The position numbers and the translations under genes are program-made. A stretch of DNA of 64,000 nt from Nitrospirota bacterium (GTDB taxonomy: Bacteria > Nitrospirota > UBA9217). Below, piece by piece: positions 29,331-39,394 of the stretch; positions within the stretch are counted from its first letter, which is position 1; every line of letters starts with the position of its first letter. The notes under the pieces were generated by a model that saw nothing but the letters and a program-made list of their open reading frames with translations, was not told where the DNA came from and made no database searches. The stretch covers positions 1,728,001-1,792,000 of the forward strand of contig OY760142.1 of the NCBI GenBank assembly GCA_963663225.1, read 5' to 3'.

Positions 29331-29954
29331 ATGAAAATTGTAATCGTTGAAGACGACCCTCTTCTCATTGAGAGCCTTCCCTTGCTTTTAACAGGGGTTG
29401 AAGGAATAACCGTGACCGGTGCTTTCCGGTCGGCTGAGGAAGCCGTCAAGGGACTGCGAAATGCGGACCCGGAGATCATGATCACGGACATCGGACTTCC
29501 CGGCATGTCGGGAATAGACCTTATAAAAAAGGCAAAAGAAAGCATGCCGAAGCTTGAAATAATCGCCCACACGGTTTTTGAAGACAGAGAAAGAGTTTTC
29601 TCTGCAATAAAAGCAGGCGCTTCGGGGTATGTGCTCAAAGGAAGCAGTCCGCGGGAGCTTATCGATTCCATTTATGAGCTTCATAATGGCGGCGCGCCGA
29701 TGAGCCCGAAAATTGCGCGAAAAATCATCCGGGAATTTCAGGATGAAGCTGCCGGCGAACAGTTCCTGCTGACACAGCGCGAAACGGAAATTGTCAAACT
29801 GATCGAAGAGGGGCTTACGTATAAAGAAATTGCTGAAAGATTGGGGATCAGCAGCCACACGGTGCATACGCATATCAAGCATACCTACGAAAAACTGCAG
29901 GCAAAAAATCGGAGCGATGCCATTTACAAGGCAAGGAAAAAAGGAATTCTTTAG
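29331..29954 (+). CDS. NarL/LuxR-family response regulator
   Basis: IVEDD, DIGLPGMSG, GASGYVLK, LTQRE...GLTYKEIA..L.IS.HTV HTH. Confidence 0.95.
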   Translation: MKIVIVEDDPLLIESLPLLLTGVEGITVTGAFRSAEEAVKGLRNADPEIMITDIGLPGMSGIDLIKKAKESMPKLEIIAHTVFEDRERVFSAIKAGASGYVLKGSSPRELIDSIYELHNGGAPMSPKIARKIIREFQDEAAGEQFLLTQRETEIVKLIEEGLTYKEIAERLGISSHTVHTHIKHTYEKLQAKNRSDAIYKARKKGIL

Positions 29955-30057
29955 CAAAAAGTTGCAATCAGTTGCTTTTTCGTTTGATTTACCTAGCTTC
30001 CATTTCATCTAGCCAATCCGCATCTTTCCTGCGCTCTAATCTCAGTTGCTACCCGAA

Positions 30058-30079
30058 AAATACCCAGTATTGGGTATTT
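30058..30079. promoter_or_regulatory. NarL-type 7-2-7 inverted repeat
   Basis: AAA-TACCCAG-TA-TTGGGTA-TTT, plus a third TACCCGA heptamer at 30050. Confidence 0.6.
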
Positions 30080-30143
30080 ACAACTCCACGGATGAAAGGT
30101 ATTGTGTAGGCGTTTATGCTTTTCACGCAAAGCGGGAGGGGCC

Positions 30144-30341
30144 ATGGAATTTTACAGCACGTATCTGGTTCGTATTTGCCGCCGGGATGAAAATGCCGAT
30201 TCTCTTATTCTGGGGACAATTGAAGAAATAGGGACAGAGGGCAGGGGCAGTGCCACGTTTACTAACTTTAAAGAACTCCAGAGTCTGCTCAGCATGGAAA
30301 AAGCAAAAGCCGCGCGAATGAAGCTGAGATATCCTGATTAA
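30144..30341 (+). CDS. Small hypothetical protein (65 aa)
   Basis: SD GGGAGG; MEFYSTYLVRI...GTIEEIGT...F.NFKEL. Confidence 0.65.
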   Translation: MEFYSTYLVRICRRDENADSLILGTIEEIGTEGRGSATFTNFKELQSLLSMEKAKAARMKLRYPD

Positions 30342-30489
30342 ACCGGAGTACTGTCGCATCATGGATGTCCGGCTCATATCGTATCCCTCCTAATGACAAT
30401 TTTCTGATGATATCGGCGCAAGAGCCTCACACGACTCAAGCGCCATTTTTTTTCGCTGTTCCTCATCATAAAGACTTGCAAAAAAACGA

Positions 30490-30520
30490 TTGACAATTTC
30501 AAAACAGGCTGTTATAAAGT
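30490..30520 (+). promoter_or_regulatory. Sigma70 promoter of ilvE (possibly leaderless)
   Basis: TTGACA-N17-TATAAA with a TG extension; overlapping TAAAGT ends 6 nt before the ATG. Confidence 0.65.
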
Positions 30521-30526
30521 ACACCT

Positions 30527-31468
30527 ATGCTTCAAGCCACCGAAAAAATATGGATGAACGGCACGTTCGTCAACTGGAATGATGCCAACGTGCATGTGTT
30601 GACCCATTCGCTGCACTATGCCACTGCGGTATTCGAAGGAATCCGGTGCTATAAGACCGGCAACGGCCCAGCTGTTTTTCGCCTGCAGGAGCATGTTGAC
30701 CGTCTTTTCGATTCCGCGCATATCATGCAGATGGAGATGCCGTTCACCCGCGAAGCGATTGCAGAGGCAATACTCGAAACCATTCGCGTCAACAAGATCG
30801 ACGCATGCTACATCCGTCCTCTTGTTTATATTGGTTACGGAGCCATGGGGGTTTATCCCAAGCAGAACCCTGTTCAGGTTTCCATTGCAGTCTGGCCGTG
30901 GGGCAGCTATCTGGGCGACGAGGGGATGAAAAACGGAATTCGGGTGAAAATTTCATCCTACATCAGGCCGCATGTCAATTCCGCGATGGTCCGCTCAAAA
31001 ACCACGGCAAACTATGCGAACTCCCTGCTGGCAAAACGCGAAGCGCTGAAAGACGGCTATGATGAGGCCATGCTGCTTGACACCGAAGGCTATGTTGCCG
31101 AAGGCAGCGGTGAAAATGTGTTTATTGTGCGGAAAGGTTTGATAAAAACTCCGCCGCTCACCTCGATCCTGGAAGGTATTACCAGGGATTCAATTATACA
31201 GCTTGCCGCTGAACGCGGCATGCGTCTGGTAGAGGAGCGTTTCACCCGCGATGAACTCTTTATAGCGGATGAGGCGTTTTTTACCGGAACAGCGGCTGAA
31301 ATCACGCCGATCCGCGAAGTGGACAACCGGATTATCGGCAAAGGTTCGCGCGGTCCGGTCACGCAGGAACTGCAGTCCGCTTTTTTTGACATTGTGTACG
31401 GCAAAGACAGCCGTCATGAAAACTGGCTTACGCATGTTTCAGCGAAGCAGTCGGTTGCAAAAAAATAA
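30527..31468 (+). CDS. ilvE: Branched-chain amino acid aminotransferase
   Basis: HSLHY..VFEGIR.Y, YIRP, K..ANY, EGSGEN, ILEGITR, FFTGTAAEITP. Confidence 0.96.
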   Translation: MLQATEKIWMNGTFVNWNDANVHVLTHSLHYATAVFEGIRCYKTGNGPAVFRLQEHVDRLFDSAHIMQMEMPFTREAIAEAILETIRVNKIDACYIRPLVYIGYGAMGVYPKQNPVQVSIAVWPWGSYLGDEGMKNGIRVKISSYIRPHVNSAMVRSKTTANYANSLLAKREALKDGYDEAMLLDTEGYVAEGSGENVFIVRKGLIKTPPLTSILEGITRDSIIQLAAERGMRLVEERFTRDELFIADEAFFTGTAAEITPIREVDNRIIGKGSRGPVTQELQSAFFDIVYGKDSRHENWLTHVSAKQSVAKK

Positions 31469-31539
31469 TCAACCAGATCCGGGAATAGTCGGCTGTGCAT
31501 GACCATTCTTGGTTCTTTACGATCATTCAGTAAGCACGT

Positions 31540-31624
31540 GCCGAAGTGGTGGAACTGGTAGACACGCACGTTTGAGGGGCGTGTGGGGCAACCCATGGGG
31601 GTTCGAGTCCCCCCTTCGGCACCA
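31540..31624 (+). tRNA. tRNA-Leu (GAG)
   Basis: GCCGAAG/CTTCGGC acceptor stem, anticodon loop TTGAGGG, long variable arm, GGTTCGAGTCC T-arm, encoded CCA. Confidence 0.97.
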
Positions 31625-32047
31625 TTTTAACATTACAACTCCCAAGCAGTGAACAAAGATATATTACCTGCCTACCCTAGAAGATAATAAAAATAATCTA
31701 ACGCTTTTCTCTATACTTCAAAAGCATCTATGAGAGGGATCCTTCGTTTTTGACATCGTTCTCTTTTTAAATTGTTTAACCATTGTTCCAGTCACTGTAC
31801 TTCTTTTCAATTCAGAAAAACCTATATGGAGATGCTCATTTTTCTGCTAACTTCCCGTACCGGTGTTTTTGTCCCCACCTGCCTAAGAGTAAATGCAATC
31901 TGATACGTATTCTCAGTTTCTTAATGCCTGAACTTCTTCGCTAAAACTTATTTTGGAAAAATCTGTTACTTTTACTGAGGCAGGTTCAAGGAAGATGTTA
32001 AAATTGTTTTACCGGTATAGAGCTGAAATTACTTATGTTCGAGTTAA

Positions 32048-32731
32048 TTACCATATAAGCACTATTTGCAATATGAGCTGCTGTAATTTTTCTAACACAT
32101 TTTTATTCATTTCTCGTTGTTGGGCATAAGTTAAGTAATTGGGCATAACGTTTTCAGAGTCATCATAGACGAGAGTCTTGCTTTTCACAAGCCTTATGAC
32201 TACGGATCTTTCTGCTTTTTCAAACAAAACATAATGAAGCGGTTTGCTTTTCTGAAAAAAACTGGGACTGATTTCGACAGCCGGCGGCACAATCTGATAA
32301 CTCTTTATAAGTTCGATAGCATCATCGACATTTTTAGACTGGCGATCTAAAAAAGTGAGAATGTCAAAGGTACTCAGTATGCAACGCTTATCAGCAGGAC
32401 TGCAGGCAGCATATCGTGTGCGTCTATTGCCGTATAACCCAGAAATAGACAATCTCTCGATATCCATCACGGTGTTAACTTTTGATGTATAGGATGCGTA
32501 CTGGCCGTAGAACCCATATCTATTTGTCAATTTACCAGTATCAATAATTATATCTACGAGATTCTTTTGTCCAATAAATGAAGGAGCGTCACACTTTGCG
32601 ATGTTTATGCGGGAGTCTACGGAGCAAGCTTCAAGATGTGTATTTAGGTGAGTGAAGAATGCATCGCCATAAGCTGTGCCAGCCTGAAACGAGCCTACAA
32701 AAAAATATATGAATGCCAACAGTTTTCTCAT
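32048..32731 (-). CDS. Degenerate choloylglycine hydrolase/penicillin V acylase-like protein (possible pseudogene)
   Basis: RYGFYG, RLSISGLY, NVDDA, PLHYVL..K..RSVVI, VYDD...VMPN follow Ntn-hydrolase block order; catalytic Cys and C-terminal third absent. Confidence 0.55.
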   Translation of the reverse strand: MRKLLAFIYFFVGSFQAGTAYGDAFFTHLNTHLEACSVDSRINIAKCDAPSFIGQKNLVDIIIDTGKLTNRYGFYGQYASYTSKVNTVMDIERLSISGLYGNRRTRYAACSPADKRCILSTFDILTFLDRQSKNVDDAIELIKSYQIVPPAVEISPSFFQKSKPLHYVLFEKAERSVVIRLVKSKTLVYDDSENVMPNYLTYAQQREMNKNVLEKLQQLILQIVLIW

Positions 32732-33360
32732 GATATTTCCAGCTGTTTAAATATTTGCAGACACCAGAAGCAACTTTCCAGTCATAAGCACTTCATAACG
32801 ATGATTGCAATAATGCCGTGGTTTCTGCACGCTCTGCATCGTTATTGATATCTAATGAATGAATCTCCCAATACAAAAGCATGGGTATATTTTGGAGCAC
32901 GCGGTTGTGCCGTTTTGTTATTGTTTATGTCTATTCTTTTGCATCGTTGAAATTTATATCTCCATAAAACAACTCTCAATCCATTATGGTTCTGTAAAGT
33001 TTCTTATACTCTTCTCGGTTATGTCTATCCATTCTTAAAATCTATAAAAATATTTTCTTATTTCATATAAGTTATGTATTGCCCTGCTCAAGGGCTGAAG
33101 TTTGTTTCATACTAAGACTAATATTGTTATATATTGGGCTTCTCGTGAGCGGTTATTTTGCTTGTATTCATTGTTAGTTCGATGTGCGGTAACTAGTGTT
33201 GAAAATTTTTTTAAATAATTTTATAAAAATTCACAATATTTCCACAATTCTTTCAAAATTAAATCAAACTTAATTCGTAATATAATTACGGAAAAAACTT
33301 TACTGGAACACTTTGGGTAGAATTTATAGTTACACATTCATGTTGATAAGGAGTGAATTG

Positions 33361-33906
33361 TTGAGAGTAGCATTAATAGCTATAATTGTGCTTTTACTAA
33401 TCAGTTGCTCTCATGGAAATGGTGACACTGCGGAAGAATCAAATAAAAATATTGATCAGAAAGAAAAAATAGTAAGAGGACAAGAAGCCGAATCGCAGCG
33501 CCGATTAGCACAGTTGCGGGAAGAAACTCAAACAGAAATACAAGAAGAAATCAATTTTCTTCAAAATATAGTCGGCCAGAAAATACTCAAAATTTGCAGT
33601 GGGACTATTTATCCCATGCAGCGTTTGCTTTCCATGAAACTATCTGAAGCAAATGGTAAATGTTTTTTTATGGAAACTTTTCCAGCCAAGAGCATTAAAG
33701 TCTTTAACCGTACGACAGCCTTGCTGGCATACCGAGATCAAGTAATTTTCGCAGATTTTGTTACAAAATCTGCACCGTTATTCCGTCAGCTGAGAACATA
33801 CGTTGTGAAAGGAGAAGCAAAGCCATACGAGTACAAATCGGACGCAGGGGGAAAGGTACGTGTCGTGAAAGTAAAAATACTAAAAGAAATTACGGACGAA
33901 GATTAA
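33361..33906 (+). CDS. Hypothetical lipoprotein
   Basis: TTG after AAGGAG; lipobox LISC; charged helical segment; start uncertain. Confidence 0.65.
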   Translation: MRVALIAIIVLLLISCSHGNGDTAEESNKNIDQKEKIVRGQEAESQRRLAQLREETQTEIQEEINFLQNIVGQKILKICSGTIYPMQRLLSMKLSEANGKCFFMETFPAKSIKVFNRTTALLAYRDQVIFADFVTKSAPLFRQLRTYVVKGEAKPYEYKSDAGGKVRVVKVKILKEITDED

Positions 33907-34174
33907 ATTAATTTTGGTTGCAAATTTTGCTAGAGTATTCTTTAGCCGCATCAATCTTAACATCGTAAGAAACATATTGTTGGTTGAGATTGATGTTGTT
34001 GAGATGCGTTTGCATCGGGATTAATATTCCACTGATGTATGCAATAGAAAACAGTGTTTGATAACTAAGGAATCCTCCGCTGTCCAGTGCTCCCGATACC
34101 TATCATTGCTAATTTGTCAGCTGCAATGAACACTCAGCGTAGATTACCATTTTACATCAGAGAGGGTACTATTT

Positions 34175-34834
34175 ATGGTCATATATTGCGTGGATAAGTT
34201 TGCGGTTATTGTATTATTCCTAACACTTATGTGTTTCCCCTATGGGCAGAGGGTCGCTGCTGACGAGTCGAAAAGTAACACTAATGCTGCCAGGCTAACG
34301 AACGACGCAGGAGCGGACAACGCTAACAATAGCAATGCTAAAAAGACGAACCATCCAGGATTAATTCCGGGAGTACTGCCAGATTCAGCTAATGAGCGCG
34401 GCATTGCTTTTGCTGAAAAAGAACAATATGACCTCGCTATCAAGGAATTTACTAAGGCAATAGAAATACATCCTTTTGATGCTGAAGCTTTCAACAACCG
34501 CGGTATTATATATTCAAAAAAAGGACGCTATGACCTCGCACTGGCCGATTTTAGTAGAGCGATAAATTTAAATCGATCAGATTCTCCCATTTATTATTAT
34601 AATCGAGGGCTTGCATATGTAAAAGCCGATAAGTTCAATCTCGCCCTTGAAGATTTCAGCAAGAGCATAGAAATTAATCCTATCAATGCCTCAGCGCTTA
34701 AGGCTAGAGGCGACACGGCAGTGAAACTGGCATGCTATGATTGGTTGCAGGCATGTAAAATAGGAGATTGTCTGCAAATGAAGGAAGCTAAAAAAATGGG
34801 ATTATGTACTGAACTCATCAAGCTAAATTATTAG
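34175..34834 (+). CDS. Exported TPR-repeat protein
   Basis: Repeated NRG.AY...YDLA..DF.KAIEI.P units; WLQACKIGDC tail. Confidence 0.85.
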   Translation: MVIYCVDKFAVIVLFLTLMCFPYGQRVAADESKSNTNAARLTNDAGADNANNSNAKKTNHPGLIPGVLPDSANERGIAFAEKEQYDLAIKEFTKAIEIHPFDAEAFNNRGIIYSKKGRYDLALADFSRAINLNRSDSPIYYYNRGLAYVKADKFNLALEDFSKSIEINPINASALKARGDTAVKLACYDWLQACKIGDCLQMKEAKKMGLCTELIKLNY

Positions 34835-35139
34835 TATAGAAAAACGACTGATCAATGGGAAAGGGGGATGCAAAAAAATCTAGAATAAATCACGATTCAT
34901 ATTCCATTTGATACATATAAAATTTAGAAGAGTTTTGACTGTAATATAGGAGTATGGCGGGATAGCAATAGCCGTAGATAACAGAATAAAAGTTTATTGA
35001 CAGCTTGTAAGGTGTTGTGATATATATTCCCCAGTTCGAGTAGTGTGTGTTTCTCAGATGTTTTTCCCTTCGGAGTTTTTAGTAGATACCTTACTACACG
35101 AACACTCTGGTTTCCATCTCGCAGTCCTGACTTCACTGC

Positions 35140-36744
35140 ATGAAAAATAAACTTCTCATACTTCTTTTCTGCTGTCTTGCCGGTTTTTCCCCGCTTCACG
35201 TCTTTGCCCAGGAAGCCAAAAATGACACCCGTGGCATTATTTCCACACCGCTTGCCAATGTCCGCAGTGACACCAAAGCAAAATCGCCGATCATAACGCA
35301 ACTGCTGATGGGCGACGAAGTGCGTATACTCGGAAAGCAGGACAACCGGTATCGCATTGCGATTTTGACCCAGGACCGTCGCGAGGGCTGGGTGCAGCAG
35401 GAGGCGGTGCTGGTGCCAAAAGGGAAAAACCGCGACTACCTGAATGCAAAGCGGCAGTGGATCGTCATCACAAAACCCAAATCCGACGCGCTTATTCTCG
35501 ACAAAACCGGCAACCACAAGGTTGCACTTTACGCTGGCACCCGTCTGCCGGTGCTCAAAAAGGGCGCGGATCGGTATGAGGTCCAGTTTCCCGACCGGTC
35601 GGTTGCGGTCATCAAGGCATCAGACGCAATGCCGGAAAAACCGCTCGACCCGCTGGCAAATGACACAAAAGCGGACGAAATCGTCAACACGGCAAAGCAG
35701 TTCCTGCATGTGCAATACTTTGCCGGAGGGGTGACGGCCCAGGGCATTGATATGCAGGGTCTGATTTATGTCGCCTATCGCATACACGGATTTTTCCTGG
35801 GGATGGACGGGGATGCGCTTCTCGCCAAAACAAGAAAGATCCAGAAAAAAGATCTCGAGCCTGGCGACATTCTCCTGTTCCACGGCAACGGCATGGGACT
35901 GTACCTGGGAAGCGGCCGGTTCCTCCAGACAACGCGAAAAGGCTCGGTAGGGATCGCAGGGATCCATGACCGAAGGGCAAGCCATGCACTGCTGTATGGA
36001 CTCAGAATCATCGGCGCGAAGTCTGAAGAGAAAAAGAAATTGGCGGACATGACGGCCGACGAGATATTGATCGCGCAAACGCGCGTCGCGCCGCTCGCCG
36101 TGGGGCAGCGTATCGCGTATTGGGCCGGCAGGTTCATCGGGACGCCGTACGACACCGATCCCCTCGGGCTCTACGTCCGTACCAGCCGGATTATCGCTGA
36201 TGAAAAAGCGGATTGCATGTACCATGTCTTTCGCTCCGTGGAGCTTGCCCAGAGCAATACTCCCGCGGAAGCGGTGGACAAAGCGCTCACGCTCCGGTTT
36301 ATCATGAAAGGCGCACTGGCGGACGGTCTTGTCGTCAATTATAATGACCGGTTCCAGTACGGCGAAGACATGGTGGTGAGCGGCAAATGGGGCCGGGACA
36401 TCACGGCCGTCCTCGGCCCGACGCAGACAATCACCGGATCGAGAGGCCGCGACCAGGTCGATATTCTTCCCAAAAACGTTCTTGCGACGCGCGCGCTGCA
36501 GAAAAACCTGCAGGATGGCGATATCATCTACTGGGTAAAGGACCCCCGGAAACGCGCTGTTGACGAAATCGTCGGCCATCTTTCCATCGTCCGGATAAAA
36601 TCCGGCAAGGTCTCCGTTATCCATGCGTCCGGCGACAAAGACCGCCCGTCAAAACGCGGCGGCGGCATGGTAAAAGAGGTCCTGTTCAGCGACTACCTCA
36701 AGTCCATGCGTTTTATCGGGGCCTTTGTTACACGGTTTGAATGA
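35140..36744 (+). CDS. Exported SH3-SH3-NlpC/P60(degenerate)-DUF1460-like peptidoglycan hydrolase
   Basis: Signal peptide; ANVRS..TQLLMG..EGWV SH3; Y.AGG...GIDMQG; second domain FIGTPY..DCM..GH..IHAS. Confidence 0.8.
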   Translation: MKNKLLILLFCCLAGFSPLHVFAQEAKNDTRGIISTPLANVRSDTKAKSPIITQLLMGDEVRILGKQDNRYRIAILTQDRREGWVQQEAVLVPKGKNRDYLNAKRQWIVITKPKSDALILDKTGNHKVALYAGTRLPVLKKGADRYEVQFPDRSVAVIKASDAMPEKPLDPLANDTKADEIVNTAKQFLHVQYFAGGVTAQGIDMQGLIYVAYRIHGFFLGMDGDALLAKTRKIQKKDLEPGDILLFHGNGMGLYLGSGRFLQTTRKGSVGIAGIHDRRASHALLYGLRIIGAKSEEKKKLADMTADEILIAQTRVAPLAVGQRIAYWAGRFIGTPYDTDPLGLYVRTSRIIADEKADCMYHVFRSVELAQSNTPAEAVDKALTLRFIMKGALADGLVVNYNDRFQYGEDMVVSGKWGRDITAVLGPTQTITGSRGRDQVDILPKNVLATRALQKNLQDGDIIYWVKDPRKRAVDEIVGHLSIVRIKSGKVSVIHASGDKDRPSKRGGGMVKEVLFSDYLKSMRFIGAFVTRFE

Positions 36745-36766
36745 CTATTCTTATTGTAATTTCCAT

Positions 36767-36796
36767 TTGACAATCCTTCCGCTCCTCTGCTATTCT
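36767..36796 (+). promoter_or_regulatory. Candidate sigma70 promoter of comM
   Basis: TTGACA-N18-TATTCT with TGn extension. Confidence 0.55.
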
Positions 36797-36915
36797 CTGT
36801 CCTGATAATTTTAAGAATACAGTTTTGAATCGACGATGCCGATGCGGCTGTTTTTGGTCCGCGCTGTTCCCGGCGTTGTCAGGCATTTTCATCCCCACGC
36901 CGCCAAGGAGTCTTC

Positions 36916-38448
36916 ATGCTTGCCAAAGTGATCAGTTCCGCAGTGCTCGGCATCGATGCGTATCCCGTTGAAGTTGAAGTCGACATCGCAAGCAGAGGGC
37001 TGCCCTTTTTTTCAACCGTCGGCCTGCCCGATGCAGCCGTAAAAGAGAGCAAGGAACGCGTGCGTGCCGCTCTCAAAAACACCGGCTTCGATTTTCCCCT
37101 GAAACAGGTCCTCGTCAATCTCGCGCCGGCCGACATAAAAAAAGAGGGGTCTGCCTTCGATCTGCCGATCGCAATCGGAATGCTTATCGCCGAGGGTGTC
37201 CTTGATCAGGACCAGGTAAACGGCTACCTTCTTGTGGGGGAACTGTCGCTCGACGGACGGGTCAAGACAGTGCGGGGCGCGCTTTCCATGGCGGTATTGG
37301 CGAAAAAAGCGGGCTACCGCGGCATGATTCTTCCTGCCGACAACGCCCAGGAAGCCGCGGTGGTGGATTCAGTCAAAATTTTTGGCATGCAGACCCTGCC
37401 TCAGGTCGTTGAATTTCTCGGCGGAAAATCTTCCGTTGTATCTGAAACAGTCAATATCAGGAACGCCATGGACGCATATTCAGCGTACCAGGAGGATTTT
37501 TCCGAAGTGAGGGGACAGGAACACGCCAAACGCGCCGTTGAAGTCGCCGCGGCTGGAGGGCACAACATCATCATGATCGGTCCTCCGGGTTCCGGCAAGA
37601 CCATGCTTGCCCGGAGGCTGCCTTCGGTCCTGCCCAAAATGAGTTTTGAAGAATCCATCGAAACCACGAAAATCCACAGTATCATGGGCCTGCTCAAGCA
37701 GGGGCAGCCGCTCATTGCCGCGCGGCCATACCGGTCGCCGCATCATACGATTTCCGACGCGGGGCTCATCGGAGGAGGGCAGATCCCGAAACCGGGCGAG
37801 GTGAGTCTTTCCCACAACGGAGTGCTTTTTCTCGACGAACTGCCGGAATTCAAACGAAACGTGCTGGAAGCGCTTCGGCAGCCGCTTGAAGACGGCCAGG
37901 TGACGATTTCACGCGCCGTGACGTCGCTGACCTATCCCGCGTCGTTAATGCTTGTCGCTGCCATGAACCCGTGCAAATGCGGGTTCCATGGAGATCCGTT
38001 TCACCAATGCTTCTGCACGCCGCATCAGATTCAAACATACCGCTCGAAAGTGTCCGGGCCTCTCTTGGACCGGATCGATATTCATGTGGAAGTTCCCGCC
38101 ATTAAGTTCAATGAAATTTCATCAGACACGCCGGGTGAATCGTCCGAGGCCATTCGCGCCCGCGTGACCGGCGCGCGCGCGATCCAGCAGGAACGCTTTA
38201 AGAGTGACGGAATCTACGCGAACGCACAAATGAGGCCGAGGCATCTCAGAAAATACTGCAAGATCGATCAGAGCTGTCAATCCCTGATGGAGACCGCCAT
38301 GAACCGGCTCGGACTTTCCGCCCGCGCGTACAACCGCATTCTGAAAGTCGCCCGGACGATCGCGGATTTGGAAAACTCAGAGAACATTGCCTCGGAACAC
38401 CTCGCCGAAGCCATACAGTACAGAAGTCTCGACAGAAAAGTGAGTTAG
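36916..38448 (+). CDS. comM: YifB/ComM Mg-chelatase-like AAA+ ATPase
   Basis: [54 protein letters not shown]. Confidence 0.95.
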   Translation: MLAKVISSAVLGIDAYPVEVEVDIASRGLPFFSTVGLPDAAVKESKERVRAALKNTGFDFPLKQVLVNLAPADIKKEGSAFDLPIAIGMLIAEGVLDQDQVNGYLLVGELSLDGRVKTVRGALSMAVLAKKAGYRGMILPADNAQEAAVVDSVKIFGMQTLPQVVEFLGGKSSVVSETVNIRNAMDAYSAYQEDFSEVRGQEHAKRAVEVAAAGGHNIIMIGPPGSGKTMLARRLPSVLPKMSFEESIETTKIHSIMGLLKQGQPLIAARPYRSPHHTISDAGLIGGGQIPKPGEVSLSHNGVLFLDELPEFKRNVLEALRQPLEDGQVTISRAVTSLTYPASLMLVAAMNPCKCGFHGDPFHQCFCTPHQIQTYRSKVSGPLLDRIDIHVEVPAIKFNEISSDTPGESSEAIRARVTGARAIQQERFKSDGIYANAQMRPRHLRKYCKIDQSCQSLMETAMNRLGLSARAYNRILKVARTIADLENSENIASEHLAEAIQYRSLDRKVS

Positions 38449-38545
38449 GCAAGAACACTCGTGCACTGCACCATGGACTGCTGACGAATATCTTCAAATG
38501 TAGCGAAAGGCTTAATTCTGAGCAATGCAAATAGTGAGGTGCAAC

Positions 38546-39388
38546 ATGAAAAAAATAATAATTTTGATAGCGCTAATATTTGCGACATCTAGTATTGCTC
38601 AGGAAAGGGGAAGCTATTTAATACAAAGCGACATCGGAGAATTCAAATATAGGCCAAAGCGAACAAATCAAGTCTATGGTAATAGTGGAATACTAATACC
38701 TGTAGATCATTTTGATATAGACCATAATGACACTACTTATAAGACGCGCTATGTGCATCCTGTGACTATTTTAGGCGTTGAAGTCCAAGTCACCCAACAC
38801 ACTGGAGGGGATTCCGATAAGTGGCTGTTGCATGAGGTGGATAAGGAATTCCGAACTTATTATGGAATCCCAGATCCAAGTTACATGATCAGAACGATTA
38901 ACGGCAATACAGTTTATACTTTTGGATCAGCGGGTTGGGATTATCGCTGGGTCAGCGGAAATAAAATAATTGATCTTGAATATCGCGATCCGATGATGAG
39001 TAAGGCAGAACCCTTGGAAATAATAAATGCTTATTTGGCAAAACACCCGTCATTTTTACCTGCTACAACATCGGCTGGCATTCGTAATGCTGAAAGCAAA
39101 ACCACTTGGATCAAAGACGAAATGGACCGCAGGCTATGGCTGTGTGACAAGTGGTTTATGCAGCTGCAGTTGGAAAAGGTGACGCAAAGCGACACATTGC
39201 AGGCAGCGGTCAAGAGCATGAATGTATTTCTTGATTATCGTCAGAAATACTACGGTATCGATGCCGCCGGCGATAAGAACCTGCTGTCAGGATATCTCAG
39301 CGCCAACGACGGAACGAACATTAAAGCAAAGCTCACGGAGTATAAGAATTGGTGGAGCATGAATAGAAACAAATCGATCAGACTGTGA
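38546..39388 (+). CDS. Exported hypothetical protein (AT-rich)
   Basis: ATG after GAGGT; signal peptide MKKIIILIALIFATSSIA. Confidence 0.75.
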   Translation: MKKIIILIALIFATSSIAQERGSYLIQSDIGEFKYRPKRTNQVYGNSGILIPVDHFDIDHNDTTYKTRYVHPVTILGVEVQVTQHTGGDSDKWLLHEVDKEFRTYYGIPDPSYMIRTINGNTVYTFGSAGWDYRWVSGNKIIDLEYRDPMMSKAEPLEIINAYLAKHPSFLPATTSAGIRNAESKTTWIKDEMDRRLWLCDKWFMQLQLEKVTQSDTLQAAVKSMNVFLDYRQKYYGIDAAGDKNLLSGYLSANDGTNIKAKLTEYKNWWSMNRNKSIRL

Positions 39389-39394
39389 TAGATT

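Larger units (their letters stand above)
31625..35000. other. AT-rich islet downstream of tRNA-Leu
   Basis: Abrupt visible GC drop, low coding density, three exported ORFs, no integrase. Confidence 0.65.

Noticed and set aside
32896-32912. Sigma54-like CGGCAC...GTGCT on the minus strand
   Set aside because: GG-to-GC spacing is off by one
32731-33300. Short TGA-interrupted frames in the AT-rich islet as further selenoproteins
   Set aside because: No Cys-motif context, hairpin or recognisable family
35034-35073. GTTCGAGT and CCCTTCGG matching the tRNA-Leu 3' end as a possible attR
   Set aside because: Two 8-mers separated by 24 unrelated bases instead of 2; not distinguishable from chance
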